A stretch of 64,000 nt of DNA from an uncultured Thermoleophilia bacterium (GCA_963702475.1 CAVPCT010000005.1:448001-512000), one strand, 5' to 3'. Positions 1 through 9,700 are shown, counted from the first letter of the stretch. Notes: generated by a model not told the origin, from the letters alone. Translations and numbers: made by a program.

Positions 1-1
1 C

Positions 2-142
2 CTCGCCACGCGCGGCGTGGCCTGGGAGATCAGCACCGCGATCACGCTGCTGCAGTCGGGCGCCGACATCCTGCTGCTGCGTCACCCGTCCTCGGTCGCG
101 GCCGTCCGCGGCGCCATCGACGACCTCACGAAAGGGGCGTGA
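2..142 (+). CDS. acsD: Corrinoid iron-sulfur protein small subunit, C-terminal part (truncated by window start)
   Basis: Frame 2 reads LATRGVAWEISTAITLLQSGADILLLRHPSSVAAVRGAIDDLTKGA*, matching the AcsD/CdhD C-terminal RG..WE..TA..LL..GADIL..RHP motif; directly upstream of acsC. Confidence 0.85.
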   Translation, partial: LATRGVAWEISTAITLLQSGADILLLRHPSSVAAVRGAIDDLTKGA

Positions 143-145
143 CCC

Positions 146-1495
146 GTGGCCCTCTCCGGACTCGAGATCTACAAGCTGCTCCCCAAGACGAACTGCAAGG
201 AGTGCGGCTTTCCCACGTGCCTGGCATTCGCCATGAAGCTGGCCCAGAAGGGCACCGAGCTGGACAACTGCCCCCACGTGAGCGACGAGGCCAAGCAGGC
301 GCTCGACGCCGCCTCGGCGCCGCCGATCAAGCTCGTCACGATCGGCGCCGGTGAGCGCGCCTTCGAGATCGGCAACGAGACGGTGCTCTTCCGTCACGAG
401 AAGACCTTCTACCACCAGCCCGGGCTCGTGGCCCGGGTGGCGTGCGACGACCCGCAGCTCGCCGACAAGGCCGCCGCGGCGGCGGCCTACGAGGTCGAGC
501 GGGTCGGCATGGTCCTGCGCCTGGACGGGCTGGCCGTGGACCACACGGCCGGCGACGCGGCCGCGTACGCCGCGGCCGTGGCCGCGGCCCGCGCGGCCGC
601 GCCAGGCATGCCGCTGGTGCTCATGACAGCGGACGCCGCGGCGGCCGACGCGGCCCTCTCCGGCGGCGCCGCCGCCGAAAAGCCGCTGCTCCACGCCGCC
701 ACCGCGGCCAACTGCCAGGCCATGGCCGAGGTCGCCGTGAAGCACGGCGTGCCGCTGGCCATCAAGGTCGAGCACGGCGACCTCTCCGGCCTCGCCGACC
801 TCTCCGCCGTGGCCACTGAGGCCGGGGTCGAAGACCTCGTCCTCGACCCCGGCGCCGGCAGCCTCGCCTCCGATCTCTCGGCGTTCACGCAGCTCCGCCG
901 CCTCGCGCTCAAGAAGGGCGCCCGCGCCCTGGGCTACCCCATCATCGCTCTCTGTACCGCGGACTCGTGGGAGCAGGAGCTCGTGCGCGCCACGCAGGCC
1001 GTGGCCAAGTACGCCGGCGTCGTGGTCCTCGACAGCGCCGACCCGGCGGTCTACTACGCGCTCATCACACTGCGCCAGAACATCTACACCGACCCGCAGA
1101 AGCCAATCCAGGTGGAGCCGAAGCTCTACGAGATCGGCTCCCCGACGGCCGACAGCCCGCTCATGATCACGACGAACTTCTCGCTCACGTACTTCAGCGT
1201 CTCGGGCGAGGCCGAGGGCGCCGGCATGCCGTCGTGGCTGCTGGTCGCCGACAGCGACGGCCAGTCGGTGCTCACGGCGTGGGCCGCCGGCAAGTTCGAC
1301 GCCGAGAAGATCGCCAAGACCGTCAAGGGCAGCGGCATCGAGAACATGGTCAGCCACCGCAAGCTGGTGATCCCCGGTCACGTGGCCGGTCTCTCCGGCG
1401 AGGTGGAGGAGGAGCTGCCCGGCTGGCAGATCATGGTCGGGCCGCGCGACGCCGTGGACATCCCCAACTACCTCAAGACCGTGTGGAGCGCCTGA
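146..1495 (+). CDS. acsC: Corrinoid iron-sulfur protein large (gamma) subunit
   Basis: N-terminal LPKTNCKECGFPTCLAFA Fe-S motif; LRQNIYTDPQKP, TTNFSLTYF, SVLTAWAAGKF motifs. Confidence 0.97.
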   Translation: MALSGLEIYKLLPKTNCKECGFPTCLAFAMKLAQKGTELDNCPHVSDEAKQALDAASAPPIKLVTIGAGERAFEIGNETVLFRHEKTFYHQPGLVARVACDDPQLADKAAAAAAYEVERVGMVLRLDGLAVDHTAGDAAAYAAAVAAARAAAPGMPLVLMTADAAAADAALSGGAAAEKPLLHAATAANCQAMAEVAVKHGVPLAIKVEHGDLSGLADLSAVATEAGVEDLVLDPGAGSLASDLSAFTQLRRLALKKGARALGYPIIALCTADSWEQELVRATQAVAKYAGVVVLDSADPAVYYALITLRQNIYTDPQKPIQVEPKLYEIGSPTADSPLMITTNFSLTYFSVSGEAEGAGMPSWLLVADSDGQSVLTAWAAGKFDAEKIAKTVKGSGIENMVSHRKLVIPGHVAGLSGEVEEELPGWQIMVGPRDAVDIPNYLKTVWSA

Positions 1496-1503
1496 GAGGA
1501 CGA

Positions 1504-3469
1504 GTGGCCACCATCACCTTCACGCCGTCGGGCGAGACCATCGACGTGCCGCTCGGCACGACCCTCCTCGACGCGGCCACCCTCTGCGAGGAGGACGTCA
1601 AGGCGCCGTGTGCGGGGCAGGGCCGCTGCGGCCGCTGCCGCGTGCGCGTGCTCAGCGGGGAGGTGGAGCGGCGCAGCAACGCCGGTCTGGAGACGGCCGA
1701 TGTCCTGGAGGGCTGGGCTGTGGCCTGCCAGACCTTCGTCAGGGGCCCGGCCGAGGTCGAGGTCCCCGAGCGGCGCAAGGAGGAGGTGCGCCCGCACGGC
1801 CACGCTGTGGCCGAGCCCGAGTCGCTGCCCATCCGTTGCGATTGGCGGCAGAACCCGGCCGTGCGCACCTTCGAGCTCGACATCGAGCCGCCCACGCTCG
1901 ACGACCAGACCAGCGACTTCGACCGCCTGCGGCGGGCGCTGCAGCGGCAGCACGGCCTGGAGGAGATCCGCGCCGAGCTGCCCATGCTGCGGCGCCTCGG
2001 CAAAGACCTGCGCATGTCCAACTGGAAGGTCAGCGTGACGCTCGAGATGCGCGATTGGGTGTACGGCACGTACCTGCCGCCGCGCCTCATCCGCATCTAC
2101 CCCGGCGCCTTCAAGCACCAGAGCATGGGGCTGGCCGTGGACGTCGGCACCACCTCTGTCGTGGCCTACCTGCTCGACTTCAACGAGGGCCGCGTGGTCG
2201 ACACGGCCAGTGCCTACAACAAGCAGATCAGCTGCGGCGAGGACGTGATCAGCCGCATCATCTACGCCAAGACCAAACGCGGCCTCGACCGCCTGCAGAA
2301 GCTCGTCGTCGAGACCATCAACGACCTGCTCACCGAGCTGCAGGAGCGCAACGGCATCGAGCTCTACGAGATCCACGAGATCGCCGTAGCCGGCAACACC
2401 ACCATGACGCACCTGCTCCTCGGGCTGGACCCCAAGTACCTGCGCGAGGAGCCGTACATCCCCACCATCGCCTCGGCGCCGAAGCTGATGGCCGGCGAGC
2501 TGGGGCTCAACGCCAACATGCTCGCCCGCGTGCACATCATGCCGTCGGTGGGCAGCTACGTGGGCGGCGACATCACCGCCGGCGTGATCTCGTCGGGCCA
2601 GTACGCCACCGACAAGCTCACGCTGTTCATCGACATCGGCACCAACGGCGAGATGGTGCTGGGCACCCAGGACTGGCTGCTCTCGTGCGCGTGCTCCGCC
2701 GGCCCCGCCTTCGAGGGCGGCGGCGTGCGCCACGGCATGCGCGCTTCGGCGGGCGCCATCGAGGACGTCTACGTCGACGACGCCACCTGGGAGCCCACCT
2801 TCCGCACCGTGGACGACGCGCCGCCCGCCGGCATCTGCGGCAGCGGGCTCATCGACCTGCTCGGCGAGCTGTTCGTCACGGGGCTGCTCGACAAGTCCGG
2901 GCACTTCGACCTGGAGGCGCCCACGGCCCGCGTCCGCGTGGACCAGGGCGTACCCGAGTACGTCGTCTGCCGCGCCGGCGAGCAGGGAGCCGACCACGAC
3001 ATCGTGCTCACCGAGTCGGACGTCACCAGCCTCATGAGTGCCAAGGCGGCCATCTACGCCGGCTACATGGTGATGTGCCGCAGCGTGGGCGTGGAGCTCG
3101 GCGACGTCGAGCAGATCCTCATCGGCGGGCGCCTTCGGCCAGTACCTCAACGTGGAGAAGGCGATCCGCATCGGCCTGCTCCCCGACCTGCCGGTGGACC
3201 GCTTCCACTTCCTCGGCAACACCAGCGCCCAGGGCGCCTACGCCGCGCTGCTGTGCGTGAGCGTGCGGCACGACGTCCAGGACGTCGCCGCCAAGATGAC
3301 CTACCTCGAGCTGAGCGCCGACAACAGCTTCATGGACGAGTACACGTCGGCTCTCTTCCTGCCTCACACCGACCTCGGCGTGTTCCCGAGCGTCCAGGCA
3401 GATGCTCGCGCGGCGCGCCGCCGGGCCGGGGCGGCAGGGCACACCCTGAGACGGAGGCCCGCAGTATGA
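1504..3469 (+). CDS. acsV: Reductive activator of corrinoid protein (RACo/AcsV; 2Fe-2S + ASKHA ATPase), with a +1 frameshift near 3128
   Basis: CAGQGRCGRC 2Fe-2S motif, AVDVGTTS, FIDIGTNGE, CSAGPAFEG, GICGSG; conserved IGGAFGQYLN...GNTS...TYLELS...FMDEY..ALFLPHTD continues in the 3152..3469 frame; stop overlaps the cooC ATG (ATGA). Confidence 0.88.
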
Positions 3470-4239
3470 CGACCACCATCGCCGTCGCCGGCAAGGGAGG
3501 GACCGGAAAGACCACGCTGGCCGGTCTGCTCATCCGCCGCCTGGCGGAGGACAAGACCGGCCCCATCCTCGCCATCGACGCCGACCCGGCCAGCAACCTC
3601 AACACGGTGCTCGACCTGCCGCTCGAGAAGACCGTCGGCGACGTCCGCGAGGAGACCGGCGAGAAGGCCCGCGCCAACCTGCTGGAGGCGGGCATCGCCA
3701 AGCGCGACCTGCTCGACTACGAGATCAACGCCAGCGTGGTGGAGGGCGTCGGGGTCGACCTCATCGCCATGGGACGCCCCGAGGGTCCCGGCTGCTACTG
3801 CGCCGCCAACAGCATGCTGCGCGCCATCATCGACGCCATCGCCGACAGCTACCCCGTGGTGGTCATCGACAACGAGGCCGGCCTGGAACACCTCTCGCGA
3901 CGCACCACGCGCGACGTGGACGTGCTCTTCATCGTCAGCGACGCCACGGTGCGCGGCATCACCACCGCCGGCCGCATCGCCTCCCTCATCGCCGAGCTGA
4001 AGACCAAGGTCGGCAAGCACTACCTGGTCGTGAACCGCGCGCCCGACGGGCTCACGCCCGAACTGCGCGCGGCCATCGCCGAGCACGGCCTCGACCTGCT
4101 GGCCGTGCTCCCCGACGACGAGATGGTGGCGGCCCTGGATGCCGCCGGCCGCCCCATCATCGACCTGCCCGCCGACAGCCCTATGTCGGTCGCCCTCACG
4201 CCCGTGCTCGAGACCGTCCTCGCCCAGACCCGCGTCTAA
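3466..4239 (+). CDS. cooC: CooC/AcsF nickel-insertion ATPase
   Basis: AGKGGTGKTT P-loop, AIDADP, GRPEGPGCYC, DNEAGLEHLSRRTT. Confidence 0.93.
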   Translation: MTTTIAVAGKGGTGKTTLAGLLIRRLAEDKTGPILAIDADPASNLNTVLDLPLEKTVGDVREETGEKARANLLEAGIAKRDLLDYEINASVVEGVGVDLIAMGRPEGPGCYCAANSMLRAIIDAIADSYPVVVIDNEAGLEHLSRRTTRDVDVLFIVSDATVRGITTAGRIASLIAELKTKVGKHYLVVNRAPDGLTPELRAAIAEHGLDLLAVLPDDEMVAALDAAGRPIIDLPADSPMSVALTPVLETVLAQTRV

Positions 4240-4250
4240 GGAGGCACCCG

Positions 4251-5171
4251 GTGCTCATCATCGGTGAGAACATCCAGATCATGTCGCCGCCCATCAAGGC
4301 CGCCATCGAGGCGCGCGACAAGACGGTCATCCAGGATCTGGCCGTGATGCAGGTCGAGGCCGGGGCCGGCATCGTGGACCTCAACATCGGCCCCCAGAAG
4401 AAGCTCGGCCACGAGGTCATGCCGTGGATCGTGGAGGCGGTGCAGGAGGTCTGCGACGTGCCGCTCTCGCTCGACACGACGAACTTCGCCGCCATGGAGG
4501 CCGGGCTGCAGGTGTGCAGGCACCCGGCCATGCTGAACTCCGCCTCCGCCGACCCGGACCGGTTGGACAGCGTGATGCAGCTGGCGGCCAAGTACGGCGC
4601 CAGGGTCATCGCCCTCACCATGGGCGTGGAGGGCATCCCCACCACCGCCGACGGCCGCGCCGGCATCGCCATGGAGGCGCTCCTGCCGGCTGCCGAGGCC
4701 GCCGGTCTGCCGGTGGAGAACGTGTACCTCGACCCGCTCGTCCTCGCCGTGAACTGCAACCAGGACGTGTCGATGGCGTCGGTCGAGTCCATCCGCATGT
4801 TCAAGATGATGGCCGACCCGGCGCCGATGACCGTGGTCGGCCTGTCCAACATATCCAACGGCGCGCCGCTCGAGAACCGGTCGCTCATCAACCGCGTGAT
4901 GATGATCATGGTGATGGGCGCCGGACTGGACAGCGCCATCGCCGACCCGCTCGACTCCGTGCAGAACGAGTGGATCCGCGTCGCCGAGGAGCGCGACGAC
5001 GGCACGCCGCTCGGCAGGCTCATCCTCGCGCTCTACGACGCCGTGGCCGCCATGGACGTGCTCGACGAGTCGCTGGTGGACAAGAGCGACCCGGAGCAGC
5101 TCGCCCTCTGGAAGACCTACCGGATGCTCACCAACCAGACGCTGTACGCCGACTCGTACCTGCAGCTCTGA
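4251..5171 (+). CDS. acsE: Methyltetrahydrofolate:corrinoid methyltransferase
   Basis: MLIIGENI start, pterin-binding barrel motifs (DLNIG, LSLDTTN, YLDPL, GLSNISNG, GLDSAIADP); AAGGAGG RBS; acs cluster context. Confidence 0.92.
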   Translation: MLIIGENIQIMSPPIKAAIEARDKTVIQDLAVMQVEAGAGIVDLNIGPQKKLGHEVMPWIVEAVQEVCDVPLSLDTTNFAAMEAGLQVCRHPAMLNSASADPDRLDSVMQLAAKYGARVIALTMGVEGIPTTADGRAGIAMEALLPAAEAAGLPVENVYLDPLVLAVNCNQDVSMASVESIRMFKMMADPAPMTVVGLSNISNGAPLENRSLINRVMMIMVMGAGLDSAIADPLDSVQNEWIRVAEERDDGTPLGRLILALYDAVAAMDVLDESLVDKSDPEQLALWKTYRMLTNQTLYADSYLQL

Positions 5172-5212
5172 GGCCTCGCCGGCTCTGGTCAAGTACGGGC
5201 TGCGGATGCGAA

Positions 5213-5259
5213 GAACGCCGGGGGGCGGCGGTCCTGCGGACCGCCGCCCCCCGGCGTTC
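5213..5259. terminator. Perfect 22-bp hairpin between convergent genes, probable terminator
   Basis: gaacgccggggggcggcggtcc-tgc-ggaccgccgccccccggcgttc. Confidence 0.8.
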
Positions 5260-5285
5260 GCTTGTGTTCAGGAGCAGACCGGCGC

Positions 5286-5450
5286 TCAGGCCGCCGGAGC
5301 GGCGTCGTCCGCCGGCGGCGTGTAACTGCTCCACGGGTCGGTCTTGTCGCCGCCCCATCCGCAGATGCCGTCGCCCTTCCACATCTTCCAGGCGAAGTAG
5401 GCGCCCACGCCCAGCGTGATGATGGCGATAAGGAACAGCAGCTTCTTCAT
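5286..5450 (-). CDS. Small single-pass membrane protein, 54 aa (absent from ORF track)
   Basis: MKKLLFLIAIITLGVGAYFAWKMWKGDGICGWGGDKTDPWSSYTPPADDAAPAA*; GGGAGGAGG RBS upstream; GC3-biased codons. Confidence 0.8.
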   Translation of the reverse strand: MKKLLFLIAIITLGVGAYFAWKMWKGDGICGWGGDKTDPWSSYTPPADDAAPAA

Positions 5451-5666
5451 TCGGGTCCCTCCTCCCTTCGGCTGTGTGCATCATACCCCCGCGCGGCGGT
5501 TTCGGCTCCTCGCTCTGCGTCGCCGCCGCGCCGGGCCGCGGACGCGGGGTCGGCGCCTGGTCTTCCCGACGAGGGCGCCACGTGCGCACTCCACCGGAAC
5601 GGCCGGCGCTCCCAGCGGCGCGCGCCGCTGGCACGCGCACCCGCGTTCCCGTACCCTCGCCGGGCC

Positions 5667-6095
5667 ATGTGGGTCATCACGCACGTGTTCGCCGGGCTCG
5701 CCATCGCCGCCGCCGTCGGCGGGCCGTGGTGGCTCGTCCTCTTCCTCGTGCTCCTGTCGCACGTGGTCATGGACCTCGTCCCGCACTGGGACTACTCGGC
5801 CACGCAGCACCCCATCTCCCTCGGTTTTCTGGACTTCGCCGCGGGTCTGGTCGTCTGGCTGGTCTGCTGGCTCGTCCTCGGTATGCCGTTCTGGATGGCG
5901 CTCATGGGGCCGGTGAGCGGCGCCCCCGATTGGGACGTGCTCATCGCCGAGCTCCGCCGTAAGCCCGACCTCCACTACTTCCCCAGCCACTCGCAGAGGG
6001 TGCACGGCCACGCGGGACCGGTGTGGGGCATCGGCGTGCAGGTGGCCATCATGGTCACTGGCGCGATCGTGGTACTCGCCCTGCGGCCGTACTGA
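5667..6095 (+). CDS. Membrane protein, putative metal-dependent hydrolase (YdjM-like)
   Basis: TH..AG and SHVVMDLVPHWD motifs with hydrophobic helices. Confidence 0.7.
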   Translation: MWVITHVFAGLAIAAAVGGPWWLVLFLVLLSHVVMDLVPHWDYSATQHPISLGFLDFAAGLVVWLVCWLVLGMPFWMALMGPVSGAPDWDVLIAELRRKPDLHYFPSHSQRVHGHAGPVWGIGVQVAIMVTGAIVVLALRPY

Positions 6096-6188
6096 GAGCC
6101 GGACCGCGGGGGTACAGTGAGTCGTGGCGGGCGTTCGTGGAAGACCGCGCCCGCGCCCAGGACTCTCGTACGGACCGAGGAGGGGACC

Positions 6189-6644
6189 GTGGACGAGGTG
6201 ACGATCAAGGAGATCCCGGACCAGCTCGCATTGACGGTGGCCAAGCGCGTGAGCATGGCCACGGTGGGCGACGGGATAGGCGAGGCGTTCGCGGCCATCA
6301 TGGCGCACGCCGGAGCGAGCGGCGCGCAGTTCGTCGGCCCGCCGTTCTGCCTGTACCCGGACGAGATGGGCGACGAGTTCGGCATGGTCGTGTGCCTGCC
6401 GGTGGCGCCGGGGGCCTCGGCGGGCGAGGGCGTGGCCCTCGAGACGGTCCCCGGCGGGACGTGTGCAAGCCTGCTGCACCGAGGCCCGTACTCGGCGATC
6501 GGCGACTCCTACGGAGCCCTGCAGGCGTGGATGGCGGCCAACGGCAGACAGCCGGCCGGGCCACCGCGCGAGGTCTACCTGAACGACCCGCAGACCGTGC
6601 CCGCAGCCGAGCTCCTCACCGAGATCGACTGGCCCGTGGCGTGA
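6189..6644 (+). CDS. GyrI-like small-molecule-binding protein
   Basis: LHRGPYSAIGDSY...REVYLNDP...TEIDWPV; GAGGAGG RBS. Confidence 0.88.
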   Translation: MDEVTIKEIPDQLALTVAKRVSMATVGDGIGEAFAAIMAHAGASGAQFVGPPFCLYPDEMGDEFGMVVCLPVAPGASAGEGVALETVPGGTCASLLHRGPYSAIGDSYGALQAWMAANGRQPAGPPREVYLNDPQTVPAAELLTEIDWPVA

Positions 6645-7264
6645 GCCCGGTCGACCTCGTCAGGCAGCACCGGGCGCTCTACAACCCGTCATGGAAGCAC
6701 CCGGCCGTCGTGGAGGTGCCGGAGCTCTCGTTCGTGACCGTCGACGGGCGAGGGGCGCCTGAGTCGGAGGCGTACGCCGACGCCCTCCAGGCGCTGTACA
6801 GCACGGCGTACACGCTCAAGTTCTCGCTGAGGAACGCGGACGCGGAGCGTGACTTCAAGGTCGCTCCGCTGGAGGGCCTCTGGTGGGGCGACGCCGAGCG
6901 CCCGAGCCTCGAGGAACTGCAGAAAGACCGCGCGGCCTGGAACTGGCGCCTGATGATCGCCCTGCCGGACGGGGTGACGGCCGCCGAAGTGGCCGCCGCC
7001 GCGGAGCAGGCGGCCCGCAAGCGGCGGCCGTCGGCCCCCGTCGAGATCCGCTTCGAGCGCCTCGAAGAGGGCCTGGCCGCCCAGCTCCTGCACATCGGCC
7101 CGTACTCGGAAGAGGCGCCGACCATCGAGCGCCTGCACGCGTGGGTGGCCGAGCAGGGCTACGAGCTGCACGGCCGCCACCACGAGATCTACCTGAGCGA
7201 CCCTCAGCGCACGGCGCCCGAGCGTCTGAAGACGGTCATCAGGCACCCGGTGCGCGAGGCCTGA
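6641..7264 (+). CDS. GyrI-like domain protein
   Basis: VAPLEGLWW, LHIGPYSEEAPTIERLH, HHEIYLSDP..TAPERLKTVIRHP; GTGA overlap with the upstream gene. Confidence 0.88.
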   Translation: MSPVDLVRQHRALYNPSWKHPAVVEVPELSFVTVDGRGAPESEAYADALQALYSTAYTLKFSLRNADAERDFKVAPLEGLWWGDAERPSLEELQKDRAAWNWRLMIALPDGVTAAEVAAAAEQAARKRRPSAPVEIRFERLEEGLAAQLLHIGPYSEEAPTIERLHAWVAEQGYELHGRHHEIYLSDPQRTAPERLKTVIRHPVREA

Positions 7265-7377
7265 GAGCCGGGCGGCGCCCACACGCGGCGGCCGCTGGGG
7301 CGCCGGTACGCGTGACGGGGTCGGGAGCACTCCTCCCGGCCCCGTCTCGTGTCGCCCGCCACTCCCGGCCACTCCCG

Positions 7378-7536
7378 TCAGAGGCCGCGCCGCCACTGCA
7401 CGAACGCGAACGCCCCTACCGCGACCGCCCCCGCGAACAGGAGGACGGCGAGCAGATGGAACCCCACAGCCCACAGAAGGCCGGCGGCCAGCAGGTCGAT
7501 GAAAGCGCCGGCGGCCAGCAACAGGGACGCCTTCAC
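7378..7536 (-). CDS. Small two-helix membrane protein, 52 aa (absent from ORF track)
   Basis: MKASLLLAAGAFIDLLAAGLLWAVGFHLLAVLLFAGAVAVGAFAFVQWRRGL*; GTG start overlaps the M20 peptidase stop (GTGA). Confidence 0.65.
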   Translation of the reverse strand: MKASLLLAAGAFIDLLAAGLLWAVGFHLLAVLLFAGAVAVGAFAFVQWRRGL

Positions 7537-8897
7537 GCCAGCACCTCCAGGGCGATGCGTTCGGCGAACAGCGCCTGGAAGGCGAGGTCGCGAACGCTGA
7601 TGCGCTCGTCAACGTTGTGGTAGCGCTCCGTCACGGCGGCGTAGTCCTCCTCCACGTGAGGCGAGAAGTTGTAGGCCACGACGCCGGGGGCAAGGCTGCG
7701 GAACCAGTTGGAGTCGGTGAACCCGACGCAGTGGGCGTTCGCCAGCTTCGCGCCCGGCACGTGCCGCCCCAGCACGCTGCGAATCGCGTCCGACAGCGGC
7801 GAAGGATACCGGGAGGCGTTGCCGCGCACCGGCGAACCGATCCACTCGAACGCCCAGCGCGCCTCCACGCCGGAGAGCGCGTCGCGCACCTCGGCCTCGA
7901 TCTCGCGCTCGTCATGCCCTGCGAGCATGCGGCAATCCACGCAGACCTCCACGCGCGTGGGGTACACGTTCACCGCCTCGCTGTTGCCGCGCACGATCGT
8001 CGGCGAGAAGGCCGACCCGTACAACGGCTCGACCATGTCGGCGAGGCCGGGGTCCCGGGCCGAGAGCTCGCGCAGGGCGCCGCGGGCGCGCGCGGGGTCG
8101 CGCAGGCGCGCGCGCAGGTCCAGGTCGTCCACCAGGAGCTCCACGAGCTCGGCGGACGACCCGTCGACCACGACGGGCAGCTCGTGGGCCGCGAGCGCCT
8201 CCACGACGTGCGCGGCGCCGACCACGGCGTTGCCGCCGCGCAGGGGCACAGATGCATGCCCACCGTCGCCGGACACGACGATGCGGAACTGGGCGGTGCC
8301 CTTCTCGCCCGTCTCGAGCAGGTACACCGGGGCGCCGCCATGCATGATGAAGTGGCCCCCGCCCTCGTTGATCACGTAGTCGGTGCGCACCAGGTCGGGG
8401 CGGTGCTCCAGCAACCAGCGGGCGCCGCACACGGAGCCCTCCTCCTCGTCGGCGGTGCAGGCGTAGACCAGCGTCCCGGCGAACGGCGCCCCCGCTGCGG
8501 CCAGGCGTCGCACGGCCACGGCGTGGGCGGCGACGAGGTTCTTGATGTCGATGGCGCCGCGGCCCCACACGTAGCCGTCCTTCTCCACCCCGGCGAACGG
8601 CGGCACCTGCCACCCCGCCGGGTCGGCCGGCACCACGTCCTCGTGGGCGAGGAGCAGGAGCGACGGCCCCGGCCCGCTGCCCTCGAGGCGCAGGACGAAG
8701 CTGCGCCGGTCGGCCGGCTCGCCCACGATCTCCCCGTGCAGGCCGGCCTCCGCGAACCAGGCGGCCATGAGCTCGGCCACCCGGGTCTCATTGCCCGGAG
8801 GGTTGCTGGTGTCGATGCGGATGAGCCGGCAGAGCAGCTCGCTGGTCTCCCGCTCGACCTCCTCCACGACGGCCGGGTCGATGCCGACGATGTCCAC
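7533..8897 (-). CDS. M20/M25/M40 family metallo-hydrolase
   Basis: AHEDVVP, WGRGAIDIK, ADEE, GHAS, HNVDER; GGAGGAGG RBS before the GTG at 8897. Confidence 0.9.
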   Translation of the reverse strand: MDIVGIDPAVVEEVERETSELLCRLIRIDTSNPPGNETRVAELMAAWFAEAGLHGEIVGEPADRRSFVLRLEGSGPGPSLLLLAHEDVVPADPAGWQVPPFAGVEKDGYVWGRGAIDIKNLVAAHAVAVRRLAAAGAPFAGTLVYACTADEEEGSVCGARWLLEHRPDLVRTDYVINEGGGHFIMHGGAPVYLLETGEKGTAQFRIVVSGDGGHASVPLRGGNAVVGAAHVVEALAAHELPVVVDGSSAELVELLVDDLDLRARLRDPARARGALRELSARDPGLADMVEPLYGSAFSPTIVRGNSEAVNVYPTRVEVCVDCRMLAGHDEREIEAEVRDALSGVEARWAFEWIGSPVRGNASRYPSPLSDAIRSVLGRHVPGAKLANAHCVGFTDSNWFRSLAPGVVAYNFSPHVEEDYAAVTERYHNVDERISVRDLAFQALFAERIALEVLA

Positions 8898-9102
8898 ACG
8901 TGCCTCCTCCGCTCCGCCGCCCGCACCTATCGCAACGGGCGGGCCTCCCCGCGCATGATAGGAGAGGCTGCGGCCCCGCGCGAGTGGCACCGCCGCGCGC
9001 CCTCGGCGTCCCACCCGGCGCCTGCCGGACGCGGTACACGCCCCCCGCCACTTGCGGTACACTATGTCCCCCCGCGGCGCCCCGGCGCCACGGGCCATGT
9101 GC

Positions 9103-9195
9103 GGAGAAGTGGCCGAGTGGCTGAAGGCAACCGCCTGCTAAGCGGTTAAGGGGTGTCAAACTCCTTCCCGGGTTCGAATCCCGGCTTCTCCGCCA
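9103..9195 (+). tRNA. tRNA-Ser(GCT)
   Basis: GGAGAAG/CTTCTCC acceptor stem, ACCGC-CTGCTAA-GCGGT anticodon arm, long variable arm, GGTTCGAATCC, CCA. Confidence 0.96.
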
Positions 9196-9278
9196 GTCCT
9201 CCCCTCCCCCTGCTCCCCGCGCTCCTCGGCAGGCGGTTCTCTTGCGTCGCCGTTTTCGGGTATACTCTCGGTCCGCGC

Positions 9279-9356
9279 GCGCCTGTAGCTCAGTTGGATC
9301 AGAGCGTCGGTCTACGGAACCGAAGGTCACAGGTTCGAGTCCTGTCAGGCGCGCCA
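9279..9356 (+). tRNA. tRNA-Arg(ACG)
   Basis: GCGCCTG/CAGGCGC acceptor stem, TCGGT-CTACGGA-ACCGA anticodon arm, GGTTCGAGTCC, CCA; TATACT upstream. Confidence 0.96.
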
Positions 9357-9400
9357 CTTCCCCGGCTCCCCGGCTCATGTGCTCACCGGCTCCGTTCCGC

Positions 9401-9496
9401 GGCTCCGCCCTCTACGTGGTCACTGCGGACGGCTCCGGGCTCTCGCAGGTCCCGAACGTCGTAGATGCCCTCAGCCCGGCCTGGCGGCCGGAGTAG
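9401..9496 (+). pseudogene. C-terminal remnant of a TolB/PD40-like propeller gene
   Basis: GSALYVVTADGSGLSQVPNVVDALSPAWRPE* resembles the end of the 36836..37795 protein (QVWLMTSTGSG...SQPAWR*); no plausible start. Confidence 0.5.
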
Positions 9497-9700
9497 CTGC
9501 CGCTGCCGAGCCAGGCGGATCCAGGCAAGAGCCCCTGGCGTTCGTCCAGGGACATGCAGGAGACCGGGTCCCTGCGCCCACGAGAATCAGGAGCCCTGCA
9601 TGCGCGAGCGCCCGAGGCCGCGCGCGGTCCAGCTCATCTCTCGGCGCACCGGGCCACGCCATCCAGTAGCACGAGCGCGGCCCACCCGCGTGTGCTCGTC

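Noticed and set aside
967-4239. 1090-aa ORF suggesting an AcsV-CooC fusion
   Set aside because: Artefact of an upstream extension overlapping acsC plus the +1 shift at ~3128; the true AcsV C-terminus lies in another frame and cooC has its own overlapping ATG
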